Shown piece after piece: positions 30,167-40,606 of a stretch of DNA of 64,000 bases. Origin of the DNA: Candidatus Multivorans sp. (GTDB lineage: Bacteria > Acidobacteriota > Thermoanaerobaculia > Multivoradales > Multivoraceae); NCBI GenBank assembly GCA_965216125.1, contig OZ244152.1:899035-963034 (forward strand), given 5' to 3'. Under the pieces are notes generated by a model, which did no database searches, had not been told where the DNA came from, and was given only the letters and a program-made list of their open reading frames with translations. Position 1 is the stretch's first letter. Every line of letters begins with the position of its first letter. The translations under genes were made by a program, and so were the position numbers.

Positions 30167-31414
30167 TCACACCACCTTGATCGTTTCGACCGGTTCCACC
30201 CGGCCCGCGCGCCAGGCCGGATAGATGCCCGATGCCAGGGTGGCCCCAACCGCGAAGAGGGCGATCATCACCGCGTTGCGCGGGAAGATGCCGACCTTGA
30301 GCACCGGATCGAGGCCGACGCCGGCGATCTCGACCGTGCCGCCGTAGACCGCGGTCAGGTCGAGGCCCGTCGACGAAAGGTAGAGGTACGGCCCGGCCGT
30401 GATCAGAGACGCGCCGACGAGACCGAGCGCCGCCAGCCAGACGCTCTCCATCATGACCAGCCGGAACAGCCGGCCCGGACTCCAGCCGATCGCCAGCATG
30501 ATCCCGAACTCGCGCAGCCGCTCCATCACGCTGACGAACAGAGTGTTGAAGATCCCGGCCGCGACCAGGAAGGCGATCAGGATCTCCATGACCACCGCGC
30601 CGCCCACCTTGAGCGCGATGAACGCCGCAAGTTGGGGCTGGCTCGTGTTCCAGGGCACGGCCGCCGTCCGTCCGTCGAGTTCGCGGCCCAACTCGGCCGC
30701 GACCCGCGCGCTTTGCCGCTGATCGTGCAGGAACACAGCCACCATGGTTGCCTCGTCTTCCCCGTAACCGAGAAGTCCGCGCACCGTGTCGAGCGGCAAC
30801 AGGCAGAAGCCCCCGTCGACGGTCGGGGCGTTGGTCCGCAGCGTTCCCCGCAGCCTCGCCAGGCCGCTCACGATCTCCCCGTTCCTGTCGGTCAGGGTGT
30901 AGACCACCTTGTCGCCGAGCTCCATCCCCAGATTGCTGGCCAGACGGTGACCGAGGATCACGCCGCCGGTGTCGCCGGGCTCGAGGGCCGCTCCCTCGTC
31001 GAGCGCCTCCAGGATCGACAGGGTCGTCTCGTCCTCCACCCCCGGATCGAAGGCGATGAACGCGGCGCTGAAGTTCTCGCCCGCCGTCGCCAGCATCGTC
31101 GGTCCGATCACCCGGTCCACGGCGTGCGCCACCCGGCGACTCTCGCTCCCCAGCGCCGCCTGGATCTCTTCGCCGCGGACGACGGTGCGCGTCAGCGTCG
31201 GCTTGTCGAGGTACTCCGGATGCTGCAGGCTGACGTGACCGCCTCCGAGCCTCGCGGCGAGGTCGATCATGTCCTTCCAGTTGCGATCCTGCATGGCGGT
31301 GAAGACGACCGCCAGGAAGACGCCGAAGACGATCGAGCCCAGCGTCAGCAGAGTGCGCCGGCGGTTCCGCCACAGGTTGCGCCAGGCCAGTGCCGTCACG
31401 TTGGGTCCGCTCAT
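30167..31414 (-). CDS. ABC transporter permease, FtsX/MacB-like (LolE-like)
   Basis: 415 aa from ATG 31412-31414 (AAGGTGGAG RBS); N-terminal TM, periplasmic domain, three C-terminal FtsX TMs. The listed 586-aa ORF is over-extended. Confidence 0.8.
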   Translation of the reverse strand: MSGPNVTALAWRNLWRNRRRTLLTLGSIVFGVFLAVVFTAMQDRNWKDMIDLAARLGGGHVSLQHPEYLDKPTLTRTVVRGEEIQAALGSESRRVAHAVDRVIGPTMLATAGENFSAAFIAFDPGVEDETTLSILEALDEGAALEPGDTGGVILGHRLASNLGMELGDKVVYTLTDRNGEIVSGLARLRGTLRTNAPTVDGGFCLLPLDTVRGLLGYGEDEATMVAVFLHDQRQSARVAAELGRELDGRTAAVPWNTSQPQLAAFIALKVGGAVVMEILIAFLVAAGIFNTLFVSVMERLREFGIMLAIGWSPGRLFRLVMMESVWLAALGLVGASLITAGPYLYLSSTGLDLTAVYGGTVEIAGVGLDPVLKVGIFPRNAVMIALFAVGATLASGIYPAWRAGRVEPVETIKVV

Positions 31415-31446
31415 GTTCTCCACCTTCTCACGTTCGTCACCGGCAT

Positions 31447-32673
31447 CTACTGGTGGTGGATCGCCTCGATCGGGCTGATCCGCGCCGCCTTGATCGCCGG
31501 GAACAGCACCGCCAGCGCGACGATGAACCCCAGGATCACGACCGGCCCCGCGATCGTGGCCGGACTGATCGAGCCCGTCCAGACCTGATCCATCGAGACG
31601 CCCATCAACGCCGTTCCGCCCAAGGTCCCGACATCGATCCCCCGCTCGACGACGAACCACAGGGCCGGCAAGCTCGCTGTCAATCCCACCGCAATCGCCA
31701 GGCCGGTCTGCAACGCGCCCTCGACCAGGATCAGCGCCAGCACCGTCCCCGGGGACACCCCGATCGCCTTGAGCACGCCGAACTCCCGGATCCGCTCGAA
31801 GACCGCCATCAGCATCGCGTTCAGGATCAGGATCGCGATCACCACGTAGACGATGAACGCCACGACCTGAACGGCGGCTTGAGCCGAGTCGAAGATGTTG
31901 GCCAGCCCCGGCAGGAGTTCGCGCCAACTCCGCACCTCGGCCTCGGGGGAGCTTATGGCCGCGGCATCGGCGACGACGCCTGCCGCAGCAGTCAAATCCT
32001 GACCCTCCCCGCTGCGGACGATGACCTGGTGCGCCCCGTCCTCCAGGGCGAAGAAACTCCGGAACTGATCCTCGACCAGAAACACCGTCGCCCGGTCCGT
32101 CTCCTCACTCAGGCTCTGGAGCACCCCGCGCACCCGGAACAGGTCGTTCGCCATGCTGCCGTCGGTCGCCTGACTGAGTACTATCAGTTCGTCGCCGGGC
32201 GCCACCCCCAGCGTACGCGCCAACCGGTAGCCGAGCACGACGCCCTCGGGATCGGACGAATCGAGCCACTCGCCCCGATCGAGCCGCAGGTAGACGTCGC
32301 TGACCAGGGCGTCACGTTCCGGTCGTAGACCCTTGAGCAGGGCGCCCGTCGACGCGTCGCCCGATGCGACCAAGGCGCCGCCGAGCAGGCGCGCGCTCGA
32401 CCGCAGCCCGGTCTCGTCGAGGGCCTGAAGCAGCGCGTCCGGATCTTCGATCCGCTCCCAGATCGACGGCCGTTCCCGGTAGCCCTCCGCGTGAATCTGG
32501 ATCTCGCCCAACTCCACATCGAGCAGGGTGCTCTCCATGCTGCCGAGCATCCCCTCCATGAGCGAGGTGTAGATCACCATCGTCCACAGGGCCAGCGTCA
32601 TCGCGCCGACGGTGACCAGAGTCCGGCGGCTGTTGCGCCACAAGTTGCGCCAGGCCATGCGGAGGATCTTCAT
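31447..32673 (-). CDS. ABC transporter permease, FtsX/MacB-like (LolC-like)
   Basis: 408 aa; MKILRMAWRNLWRNSRRTL…; same architecture as the downstream paralogue. Confidence 0.8.
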   Translation of the reverse strand: MKILRMAWRNLWRNSRRTLVTVGAMTLALWTMVIYTSLMEGMLGSMESTLLDVELGEIQIHAEGYRERPSIWERIEDPDALLQALDETGLRSSARLLGGALVASGDASTGALLKGLRPERDALVSDVYLRLDRGEWLDSSDPEGVVLGYRLARTLGVAPGDELIVLSQATDGSMANDLFRVRGVLQSLSEETDRATVFLVEDQFRSFFALEDGAHQVIVRSGEGQDLTAAAGVVADAAAISSPEAEVRSWRELLPGLANIFDSAQAAVQVVAFIVYVVIAILILNAMLMAVFERIREFGVLKAIGVSPGTVLALILVEGALQTGLAIAVGLTASLPALWFVVERGIDVGTLGGTALMGVSMDQVWTGSISPATIAGPVVILGFIVALAVLFPAIKAARISPIEAIHHQ

Positions 32674-32689
32674 CCAGCCGCGCCTGGAG

Positions 32690-33490
32690 TCACTGCCGCA
32701 ACGACTGCAGCGAGAACGTACCCGGCGGCAGATCGATGTCGAACTCGTGCTCCTCGTACACGAGCTCGGTGAACTCGTCGGGATCGTCCGCCGGTATCAC
32801 CCGGATCCGCCGCGGCAGCGTCCTGCCGCCCAGCGGACCGAAGTCTTCGTAGACGACCGTGCGCACCAACCGTTCGCGCTCGTCGAAGTACTCGGCCTGG
32901 TCGAGCAGCCAATCCTCCGCCCGATACCGGGCATCGACCGCGCCCCACACGACGGGAGCATCCGGTAGCGGCACGCAGCGCACCAGCCAATGGTCCGACC
33001 CCTCCGCCGGCCGCTCCCGGTAGGCGCACTCGAAGTCCTCGCTGTAGCGAGACTCATGCACCAGGTCGTCGTTTGTGAAGTGGCTGCCCATCCACGCCGC
33101 CTGCATCATCGACGCCGGCACCTTGATCGTCCGGTCGACGTTCGGCAGGTAGTTCCAGATGCTCTGCTCGACCTTGAGCGTTGCCGTGCCGCGCTCCTTC
33201 GCCGGCGCTTCAATCCGCACCAGCGACTTCTCGCTGCCCTCCGAGATGACGTGGAGCCGCAACTCGCGCTGCCAACGCTCGGTCCTGATCCGCATCGTGA
33301 TCCGGCTCTCGCTGGAGTCGCCCCGCATCGCATCGTCGGTGGCGAGCATCAGAACCTCGATCGGCGGGTCATCCCGCTGCGCCGCCGCGCCGGCGGCAGA
33401 GAGGAGAGAGGCGACCGCCAACGCGGCGCCGGTGCGACGGAAGAACTCGTTCACGCGAGCACGCACTATAACAACGGCGGCGCTCCCCAA
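32690..33490 (-). CDS. LolA-like outer-membrane lipoprotein-sorting protein
   Basis: 266 aa; signal peptide; LolA-like beta-barrel family resemblance; heads the ABC operon. Confidence 0.55.
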   Translation of the reverse strand: MGSAAVVIVRARVNEFFRRTGAALAVASLLSAAGAAAQRDDPPIEVLMLATDDAMRGDSSESRITMRIRTERWQRELRLHVISEGSEKSLVRIEAPAKERGTATLKVEQSIWNYLPNVDRTIKVPASMMQAAWMGSHFTNDDLVHESRYSEDFECAYRERPAEGSDHWLVRCVPLPDAPVVWGAVDARYRAEDWLLDQAEYFDERERLVRTVVYEDFGPLGGRTLPRRIRVIPADDPDEFTELVYEEHEFDIDLPPGTFSLQSLRQ

Positions 33491-33496
33491 TGGCCT

Positions 33497-35822
33497 CTAC
33501 TCGATATAACCGAGAGCCCGGAGCCGGCGGCGGGTTTCCTCGTCCAACTCGACCTCGACGGCCTCCACTCGGTCGAGGGCGGCCAGGTCCAATTCCTCTC
33601 GCAGTAGCCGAGCCAGGACGCCGGCCAGAAGCGGGCGTTCCGGCGCCAGATCGTGCTCTTCCTCAGGATCGGCCAACCAGTCGAAGAGCTGGCGTTCCGG
33701 CATATCTCCCCCGCGGAGCGGCTCGATCAGCTTGTAGCGACCCCGGATCAAGGAAGCAAAGGGCCGGTGGAATCTGTCCGTCGTGGACACCAGCAGACGC
33801 CGGTCGAACGGACGCATGGTGTTCGCATCCACGGCCGGAGACTCAGGAGCCACCAAGGGCAGCAGGCTGTCACCCTCGCCGCCCAGGACAGGGCCGCCTC
33901 CTGCGACCTCGAGGAGGGTAGGCAGGAGATCTACCTGCTGCACCGGCACCCGCACGCGCCGGCCCTCGAGCTGCCCCGGTCGGTGGATCAGAAACGGGAC
34001 GTCCATCACCTCTCGATGGAGATCCCAGGCGTGGCCGAAGACGCCCCGTTCCTTGAAGGCCTCACCGTGGTCCGCGATGACGACGACCAGAGGGTCCATG
34101 CCACGCTGCTCCAACTCGCGTCGGAACTCGCCGAACATGTGGTCGTTCCAGGCGATCTCGCCGTCGTAGAGCCGGAACAGCTTCTCCACCACCTCGTCCG
34201 TGGCCGGAGCCTTCCAGTCGGCCAACGCGCGGAGATGTTCCACGGTCCCCAAAAATGGATCGTCGACGTCCGGCGCAAAGCGCCCGCGAAACGGCTCCGC
34301 GGGCTGGAAGGAGGCATGCGGCTCGATACTCAGAACCGTCAGAAAGAACGGTTGTCCCGGCGACTCCTCGGCCAACTCGTCCAACCATTCCAGCGATCGC
34401 TCGACCAGACCCTTCGCATCGTCATGCACAAACTCGAAACGGTCGAACCCCTGGTCGAGTCCGCTCGCCTCCGAGAAGTTGACGTTGGATGAGAATCCCG
34501 CCGTTGCGTAGCCGAACTCCTGTAGTCGCTCCGGGAGCGTTGCGAAGGACTCGTCGAGATGGTGCGTCACGTCGCTGATGCCATGGCGCTTCGGCCCGAC
34601 TCCCGTGAGCAGGGACGCAACGGTCGGTCGCGTCCAGGAAGACTGCGCAACTGCCCGTTCGAACACCGTGGACTGGTGGGCCAGCGCGTCGTAGTTGGGC
34701 GAAACGGGCCGATCGTGACCGTAGAGCCCGAGCCGATCGACTCGCAGCGTGTCCACGATCCAGAGCAGGATGGACTCGGGCGGGCCCTCGACCGGTTGCG
34801 GGAGCGGCGTCGCTTCCGAATCCTGTGTTCGCCCAAACGCAGCGGCATTGGCGGTACCGGCGATGGCCGACTCTTCGCCCATCACCCGAGCGCCTCGCAG
34901 GGCTACACCCACACCGTCGCTGTCAGTCGATCCCGGAGCTCCGAGCGGATCAACCGAGGCGGCCGCGCGAAGCGTGAGTTTCGCCGGCAGGGCGTCCTTC
35001 GAGGTCTTGTCGCGACGCGGAACCAGCAGCGGTAGCGACCCGCCCAAGGCCCCGGCAACGGACGTACTCTCCGGGCCGACGCCCTCGACCTCCCAAACCA
35101 CCTCCAGAGCGCTGGCGCCACGCACCGAGACCCCTTCCCATCTCAACTCGAGGTCGTCCGACGTTTCCGTGTAGAAGGAGACCTCGCTCGCCCCGGGAAT
35201 CCACAGCGTTCCACCCTCTCCTCTCGCCGGACCCGGTTCAGGACCGTCACCGACCTTGATCCAGTCGCAAGCGAAGGAGGGCTTCCTCTGGTGCTTCGGC
35301 ACAGAAGTGCCGGAGACCGCATCCGAAGCCGGGCGCCCAAAGTAGGCCGGCACCAGGCTCAGCCTGTGATCGCCAGCGGTCGCCAGCGCGGCGGGAACGG
35401 TGAAGGTCCGCTCAGAGAAGCCGGCGCCGATCTCCACCACCGCCGTCTCACGATCGTCCCAAAGTGCCTCAAGACGCTGCTGCGGCGCTCCAGGGTACCG
35501 GAACGCGCGGCAGCGCATTCGCACCTCGAAATCGCGCGGCGAGGCCAGATACACCTTGAGCTCCGAGCGCCCTCCAATCGCCCAAACGAATGTCGTTCCC
35601 TGAGGATCCGTTTCGTTCCAGGACCAACCCGTGCCCAGAGAGGAGACGTTCTCGCCCGTGCCCAGATCGATCATGGACTGTTCGCGCCTCATCTCGGCGT
35701 AGGCGAACTCCTTCGCCAGGTCCATGACCTCGACCGGAGCGCGGGCCGGAGCACATCCGCCCAGCCCCAGGCAGGCGACCGGCAGCAGAACGCGGAGTCC
35801 GCGCAGCGTAAGCGGTCTCACC
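33497..35822 (-). CDS. Sulfatase-like hydrolase/transferase (alkaline-phosphatase superfamily) with large N-terminal domain; lipoprotein
   Basis: Probable GTG start ~35820-35822 (signal VRPLTLRGLRVLLPVACLGLGGC). C-terminal half sulfatase fold (LWIVDTLRVDRLGLYG…; AQSSWTRPTVASLLTG). N-terminal ~370 aa of unknown function. Confidence 0.6.
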
Positions 35823-35826
35823 GCAC

Positions 35827-36723
35827 TCAGATTGCGCCGGCCTGACGGGCGCGGTCGAGCACCCGTTCCGCTCGATGCAGGTGGGGCGCGTCGACCATCT
35901 GCCCTTCGTGGCGGAACGCCATCCGGCCCTGGGCCTGGTTCTCCGCGAACGCGGCAACCAGGGCGGCGGCGGAAGCGATCTCCGCCTCGCTCGGCGTGAA
36001 GACCTCGTTGACGATGGGGATCTGGTTCGGGTGGATCGTCATCTTGCCCTCGAAGCCCATCCAGGCCGCCCGCTGGCAATCCAGGCGTAAACCGTCCAGA
36101 TCGCCGATGTCGACGAAGACGCTGTCGATCGGCTGGGCGCCGCCGGCGCGCGCCGCGAGCAGGGTCATCGCCCGGCAGTAGCGGAACACGTCCAGGTACT
36201 CGCCGCGCTCGTCGCGGCGGCGACTGGCGCCGATCGATACGGAGAGATCCTCCGCGCCCCAGGTCAGCGCCGACACCCGCGTGGTCGCGGTCAGGTGGGC
36301 GAGGTTGAGCGCCCCGCCGGCGGTCTCGGTCGCGATCAGGATGAGGGCGATGCCCCCCAGGTCGTGTCCGTAGGCCAACTCCAGTTGCGCGACCAGCCGA
36401 TCCACGCGCAGCACGTCGTCGACGCCGCTGACCTTGGGCACCACATAGGCGTCAGGCGGATGCTCCATCGTGACCTCGTAGTCCTCCCGCCCCCACGGCG
36501 TCATCAGGTCGTTGACCCGCACCGCGCGCTCCTTGCCGCCGAAGTCGGTTGCCTTGAGCCACCCGGCCACCTCGCGGCGCACGTCCACCTTCCGGTCCGG
36601 CGTCACCGCGTCCTCGAGGTCGAGGATCAGCGTGTCCGCCTCGAGTCCCAGGGACTTGGCCAGCATCCGCTCGTTGCCGCCGGGCACGAAGTGGACGGCG
36701 CGCCTGAGACGGGCACTGCTCAC
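35827..36723 (-). CDS. HpcH/HpaI aldolase / citrate lyase beta-subunit-like (CitE) family protein
   Basis: 298 aa; TIM-barrel CitE-like (…FVPGGNERMLAKSLGLEADTLILDLEDAV…). Confidence 0.7.
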   Translation of the reverse strand: MSSARLRRAVHFVPGGNERMLAKSLGLEADTLILDLEDAVTPDRKVDVRREVAGWLKATDFGGKERAVRVNDLMTPWGREDYEVTMEHPPDAYVVPKVSGVDDVLRVDRLVAQLELAYGHDLGGIALILIATETAGGALNLAHLTATTRVSALTWGAEDLSVSIGASRRRDERGEYLDVFRYCRAMTLLAARAGGAQPIDSVFVDIGDLDGLRLDCQRAAWMGFEGKMTIHPNQIPIVNEVFTPSEAEIASAAALVAAFAENQAQGRMAFRHEGQMVDAPHLHRAERVLDRARQAGAI

Positions 36724-36725
36724 GA

Positions 36726-37874
36726 TCAGGCTCCAGCCCCAGCTTCGATCTCCAGTCCGACCCTGCGAAGACCTTCCGCGAAGGTCACAGGCGGCGGGCC
36801 CAGCCCGAACCGCAGATAGCCCGGCATGCCGGCCCAGCGGCCCGCGACCAGCAGTACGCTGCGGTTCCGGCGCAACCTCTCGGCGAAGGCCGCACAGTCG
36901 GCCAGCCGGCCGTTCTCACGGAACGGGACAAAGGCGTAGGCGCCGGCACGCGGTTCCCGATAGACCAGCGCACCGTTCTGCCGCCCGGTCCAGTCGCGGA
37001 ACGTCTCCCGGTTGGCGCGCATCATCCGCCGCGCGCGTTCGACCAACCGTTCCTGGTTCGACGGCTCGGTGGCGAAGCGTGCGATCGCGTCGGAGAGCGC
37101 TCCGGGGGCGATCGTCGTGTAGTCGCGCCGCGCCCAGCAACGCGCGACGAACTCGGGCGGACCCACCATCCAGCCGAGCCGGGCCCCCGGCAGGCCGTAC
37201 GCCTTGGACAGACCCGAGACGGCGATCACCCGCTCGCCACGACCCCACATGCCCGGCGCCTCCTCGCCCGGCGCCAGATCGTGCACCGCGCCGCGGTAGA
37301 CCTCGTCGCTCAGGACCCACGCGCCGACCCGTTCCGCCGCCGCCGCTACCGCATCGAGTTCCGCAGGCGTGAACACGTGCCCGGTCGGGTTGTTCGGATG
37401 GCTCAGGTAGATGAGCTTCGTCCGTTCGCAGACGGCGGCCTCGAAGGTCTGCCAGTCGAGGGACCAACTCGACTCATCTTCGCCGGGCAGCAGCGGCACG
37501 TCGCGCACCACAGCCCCCAGGCCCCGCGCCGCCAACGCCACCTGCATGTAGTTGGGCACGATCGCCACGACCTCGTCGCCGGGCTCGATCAACACCTGCA
37601 CGGTCACGTAGTTCGCCTCGGACGAGCCGTTGGTCACCAGCACGTGCTCCGTGGATGCGTCCGCGTAGTGGCCGGCTATCTGCGACCGCAGTTCCGGAGT
37701 GCCATTGGACTGGATGTACTCGAGCGGCACCGTGCGGAGCCAGTCCAGGTCGAGCCCCATCTCCGCCAGGCCGTCAAGCGACAGCGGCTCGACGCCGCTC
37801 TCGCTCAGGTTGACGTCAACCCGGTGTTCCCAGAGCGACTGCTGCCGCTCCAGTTCGAAGGTCTCCATCTCCAT
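36726..37874 (-). CDS. PLP-dependent aminotransferase, class I/II
   Basis: ~382 aa from ATG 37872-37874; fold-type I; Lys motif LSKAYGLPGARLGWMV; the listed N-terminal extension is not real. Confidence 0.8.
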   Translation of the reverse strand: MEMETFELERQQSLWEHRVDVNLSESGVEPLSLDGLAEMGLDLDWLRTVPLEYIQSNGTPELRSQIAGHYADASTEHVLVTNGSSEANYVTVQVLIEPGDEVVAIVPNYMQVALAARGLGAVVRDVPLLPGEDESSWSLDWQTFEAAVCERTKLIYLSHPNNPTGHVFTPAELDAVAAAAERVGAWVLSDEVYRGAVHDLAPGEEAPGMWGRGERVIAVSGLSKAYGLPGARLGWMVGPPEFVARCWARRDYTTIAPGALSDAIARFATEPSNQERLVERARRMMRANRETFRDWTGRQNGALVYREPRAGAYAFVPFRENGRLADCAAFAERLRRNRSVLLVAGRWAGMPGYLRFGLGPPPVTFAEGLRRVGLEIEAGAGA

Positions 37875-37920
37875 TTGTCGTCGTACCCTCAGCCGGTTGT
37901 CCCGTCGCGGAACGCGGAGT

Positions 37921-39540
37921 ATGCCAGCCTCCGTCAGGATAGGGACCGTGCCGAGACTGCTCCTGCGTCTAGTGGCCGGCGTCCACCTGGTCGCCTTCGT
38001 CTCCCTCTGGGTGCAGATCGACGGTCTGATCGGGTCGCGCGGCATCCTGCCGGCCGGGGAGTTCTTCGCCTACCTCGAGCGGGTGCTCGGGCCCGGCACG
38101 TTCGAACGTCTGGCGAGGGCGCCGTCGCTGCTCTGGTTCTCTTCCGGCGACGCGACGCTCCACGCCCTCTGCGCGGCCGGCGTCGTCCTGTCGCTGCTGG
38201 CACTCGCCGGCATGGTGACCGCACCGGTTTTCGGCGCACTGTGGTTGTGCTATCTGTCGCTGGTCTGGGGCGGCCAGACCTTCCTGGCCTTCCAATGGGA
38301 CACGCTGCTGCTCGAGACGACGGTCTGCGCCGTCGTGCTGGCCCCCCTCGGCTGGCCGAGCGGCTCCGGGCCGCGGCCCGACACCTTGGCGGCGCGCGTC
38401 CGAGCGGCGTTCCGCGTCACCCCGGACGCCGCGGCCAGCCGGCCCGGCCTGTGGCTGTTCCGGCTGCTGGTGGTCAAGCTGATGTTCCTCTCGGGCGCGG
38501 TCAAGCTGCTCAGTCTCGACTCGACCTGGTGGCAACTGACCGCACTCGACGTCCACTACTTCACCCAACCCCTGCCGGTCACTGCGAGCTGGTTCGCGCA
38601 CCATCTTCCGGACTGGTTCCATCGCCTGTCGGTGCTGATCATGTTCGCGGTCGAGCTGGTCGCACCCTGGTTTCTGTTCTCGCGGCGGCTGCGGCGACCC
38701 GGCATGGGAATGCTGCTGGCGTTTCAAGTTCTGATTGCCGCCACCGGCAACTACGGCTTCTTCAACCTGCTGAGCGCGGTGCTCTGCCTGTCGTGGCTCG
38801 ACACCGGCGGGTTCGGTTGGCTAGCCGGTCGCGGCGGGAAAGCGGACAGCACCGATCGATCGGCTCCGACCACCGGGGACGTCAGCACCCTGCACGTTGT
38901 ATCCCAGCGGATCCGCTGGGCGGCAGCCGCCGCGATCCTCTGCCTGAGCCTCGTGGTTGCCGCCCGCGAGCTCACCCGTTCACTGCCACGCGGACCGGAC
39001 ACCCCGCCACGAGCGGCCGCCGCGGCTGACCTCGTCGACCGGGTACTGGTCGATCCGGCCGCGCCCCTGCTACGCGCCATCGCCCCCTTCCGCTCGATCA
39101 ACGGCTACGGCCTGTTCCGCGCGATGACAACGTCGCGGCCCGAGATCGTGGTCGAGACCAGTTCAGACGGCGTGATCTGGAGCGAGCTGGCCTTCCGCTT
39201 CAAGCCCGGCGATGTGAAACGCGCACCGCGCGCCGCCCAGCCCCATATGCCCCGGCTCGACTGGCAGATGTGGTTCGCGGCGCTCGATCCGCAGCGGGCC
39301 GACTGGTTGGGCCCCTTCGTGACCCGGCTGTTCGAGGGCGAACCGGCGGTGCTGCGGTTGCTCGGCGCCGCCAGCCGGCAGGCCGAACCGCCGAACTACC
39401 TGCGCCTGCGGCTCTACGACTACACGTTCAGCGAACCCGGCACGGACGAACGCTGGTGGCGCAGGGAACTGCTCTACGATCTATCGTCTGTTCTCGAGCG
39501 GGAGGCCTTCGCCACGGACGCACCTCGGGGGGGCCGCTAG
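37921..39540 (+). CDS. Lipase maturation factor (LMF1)-family membrane protein
   Basis: ~539 aa from ATG 37921; multiple TMs; C-terminal LMF family region (…PHMPRLDWQMWFAAL…). Divergent from the aminotransferase. Confidence 0.6.
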   Translation: MPASVRIGTVPRLLLRLVAGVHLVAFVSLWVQIDGLIGSRGILPAGEFFAYLERVLGPGTFERLARAPSLLWFSSGDATLHALCAAGVVLSLLALAGMVTAPVFGALWLCYLSLVWGGQTFLAFQWDTLLLETTVCAVVLAPLGWPSGSGPRPDTLAARVRAAFRVTPDAAASRPGLWLFRLLVVKLMFLSGAVKLLSLDSTWWQLTALDVHYFTQPLPVTASWFAHHLPDWFHRLSVLIMFAVELVAPWFLFSRRLRRPGMGMLLAFQVLIAATGNYGFFNLLSAVLCLSWLDTGGFGWLAGRGGKADSTDRSAPTTGDVSTLHVVSQRIRWAAAAAILCLSLVVAARELTRSLPRGPDTPPRAAAAADLVDRVLVDPAAPLLRAIAPFRSINGYGLFRAMTTSRPEIVVETSSDGVIWSELAFRFKPGDVKRAPRAAQPHMPRLDWQMWFAALDPQRADWLGPFVTRLFEGEPAVLRLLGAASRQAEPPNYLRLRLYDYTFSEPGTDERWWRRELLYDLSSVLEREAFATDAPRGGR

Positions 39541-39565
39541 CGAGATCGACCGGCGGCCGGGCAGG

Positions 39566-40594
39566 CTAGGGCAGCGCGTGGACGGAGGGCATGACGCCTC
39601 CCACATGGCTGCCGAAGCCGAAGTCGGTCGGCTCGTACTCACCCACGATCCGTACGTCGCTCTGCTCCGGGATTCGATCCTCCATACCGAGTCCCCAGTA
39701 CACGGCGTTCACCACCAGCCGCCGCAACCCCTCGCTCTCGAAGTCCGTCGAGGAGCCCATCGTGGTCGTGAACACCCGCGAGGCCTTACCGCCGCTGCCC
39801 GTGTACGAGCGGGTCCAGGCCAAGGGTTCCATGGGGTCGTTCTTCGGTCCCTCGACGGGCGGATCGTCCGGCGACATCCCGGCCAGCACGGCGCCCTCCA
39901 GCAGCACGTCGGCGTCGTCACCGAGGTTCTTCACCCCGTAGACGTCCGTCGGGCCCCAGACGTCGGTCACTCCGCGCAGGATGGGATGGCCGCCGGCGCC
40001 GGGTGCAACGACGCCGCGCGTGCTCTCCCGGCCGTGGTGGCCGTGGTGGTTGATCCACGTCTCGCCGAGCACCTGCTGCCCGAACCCACCCGGCCAGGTC
40101 TCGCTGCGGAAGCTCCAGTGCGCGTACGGGCTGTCCAGGTTGCGCTGGTAGGAGAAGGCGTGCGTCGCTGTCCGCAATCCGACGATCGGCCGCCCCGATT
40201 CGACGTAGTCGACGATGTGCTTCATTTGCGCGTCGGGCAGCTCCCGGAAACGGGTCGCGATCACCATCACGTCGGCGTCGTCGAGCGCTTCGAGACCCGG
40301 GATGTTCGTCTGCTCCTCGGGATCGATCGCCCCGGTCTCGGCGTCGATCGAGAACAGCACCACGCATTCGAAGCCGTGCCGCATCGAGAGCACCTTGCCG
40401 AGCATCGGCATCGCCTCCTCCGAACGGTACTCCTCGTCGCCGGCGATCAGCACGATCTTGCGGCCGGCGCCGGGACCGTCGCCCCCCGAGTAGGTCACCC
40501 ACTGCTGTTCGCTGCCGAAAGCCGGCCCGTGCAGGAAGGGCGTGAGCACCGCGCACAAGGTCAATCCGGCTGGAAGGAAACTGTCCATTCTCAT
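39566..40594 (-). CDS. ThuA-like (class-I glutamine-amidotransferase-like) protein, secreted
   Basis: ~342 aa; signal peptide; ThuA domain resemblance (…KIVLIAGDEEYRSEE…ADVMVIATRFRELPD…). Confidence 0.6.
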   Translation of the reverse strand: MRMDSFLPAGLTLCAVLTPFLHGPAFGSEQQWVTYSGGDGPGAGRKIVLIAGDEEYRSEEAMPMLGKVLSMRHGFECVVLFSIDAETGAIDPEEQTNIPGLEALDDADVMVIATRFRELPDAQMKHIVDYVESGRPIVGLRTATHAFSYQRNLDSPYAHWSFRSETWPGGFGQQVLGETWINHHGHHGRESTRGVVAPGAGGHPILRGVTDVWGPTDVYGVKNLGDDADVLLEGAVLAGMSPDDPPVEGPKNDPMEPLAWTRSYTGSGGKASRVFTTTMGSSTDFESEGLRRLVVNAVYWGLGMEDRIPEQSDVRIVGEYEPTDFGFGSHVGGVMPSVHALP

Positions 40595-40606
40595 CTCTGA
40601 AGCCTC

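Noticed and set aside
30167-31927. 586-aa version of the FtsX permease, and similarly the 860-aa version of the sulfatase-like gene (33497..36079)
   Set aside because: N-terminal extensions overlap the upstream genes in another frame and lack RBSs; internal ATG 31414 / GTG 35822 with RBS or signal peptides fit better.
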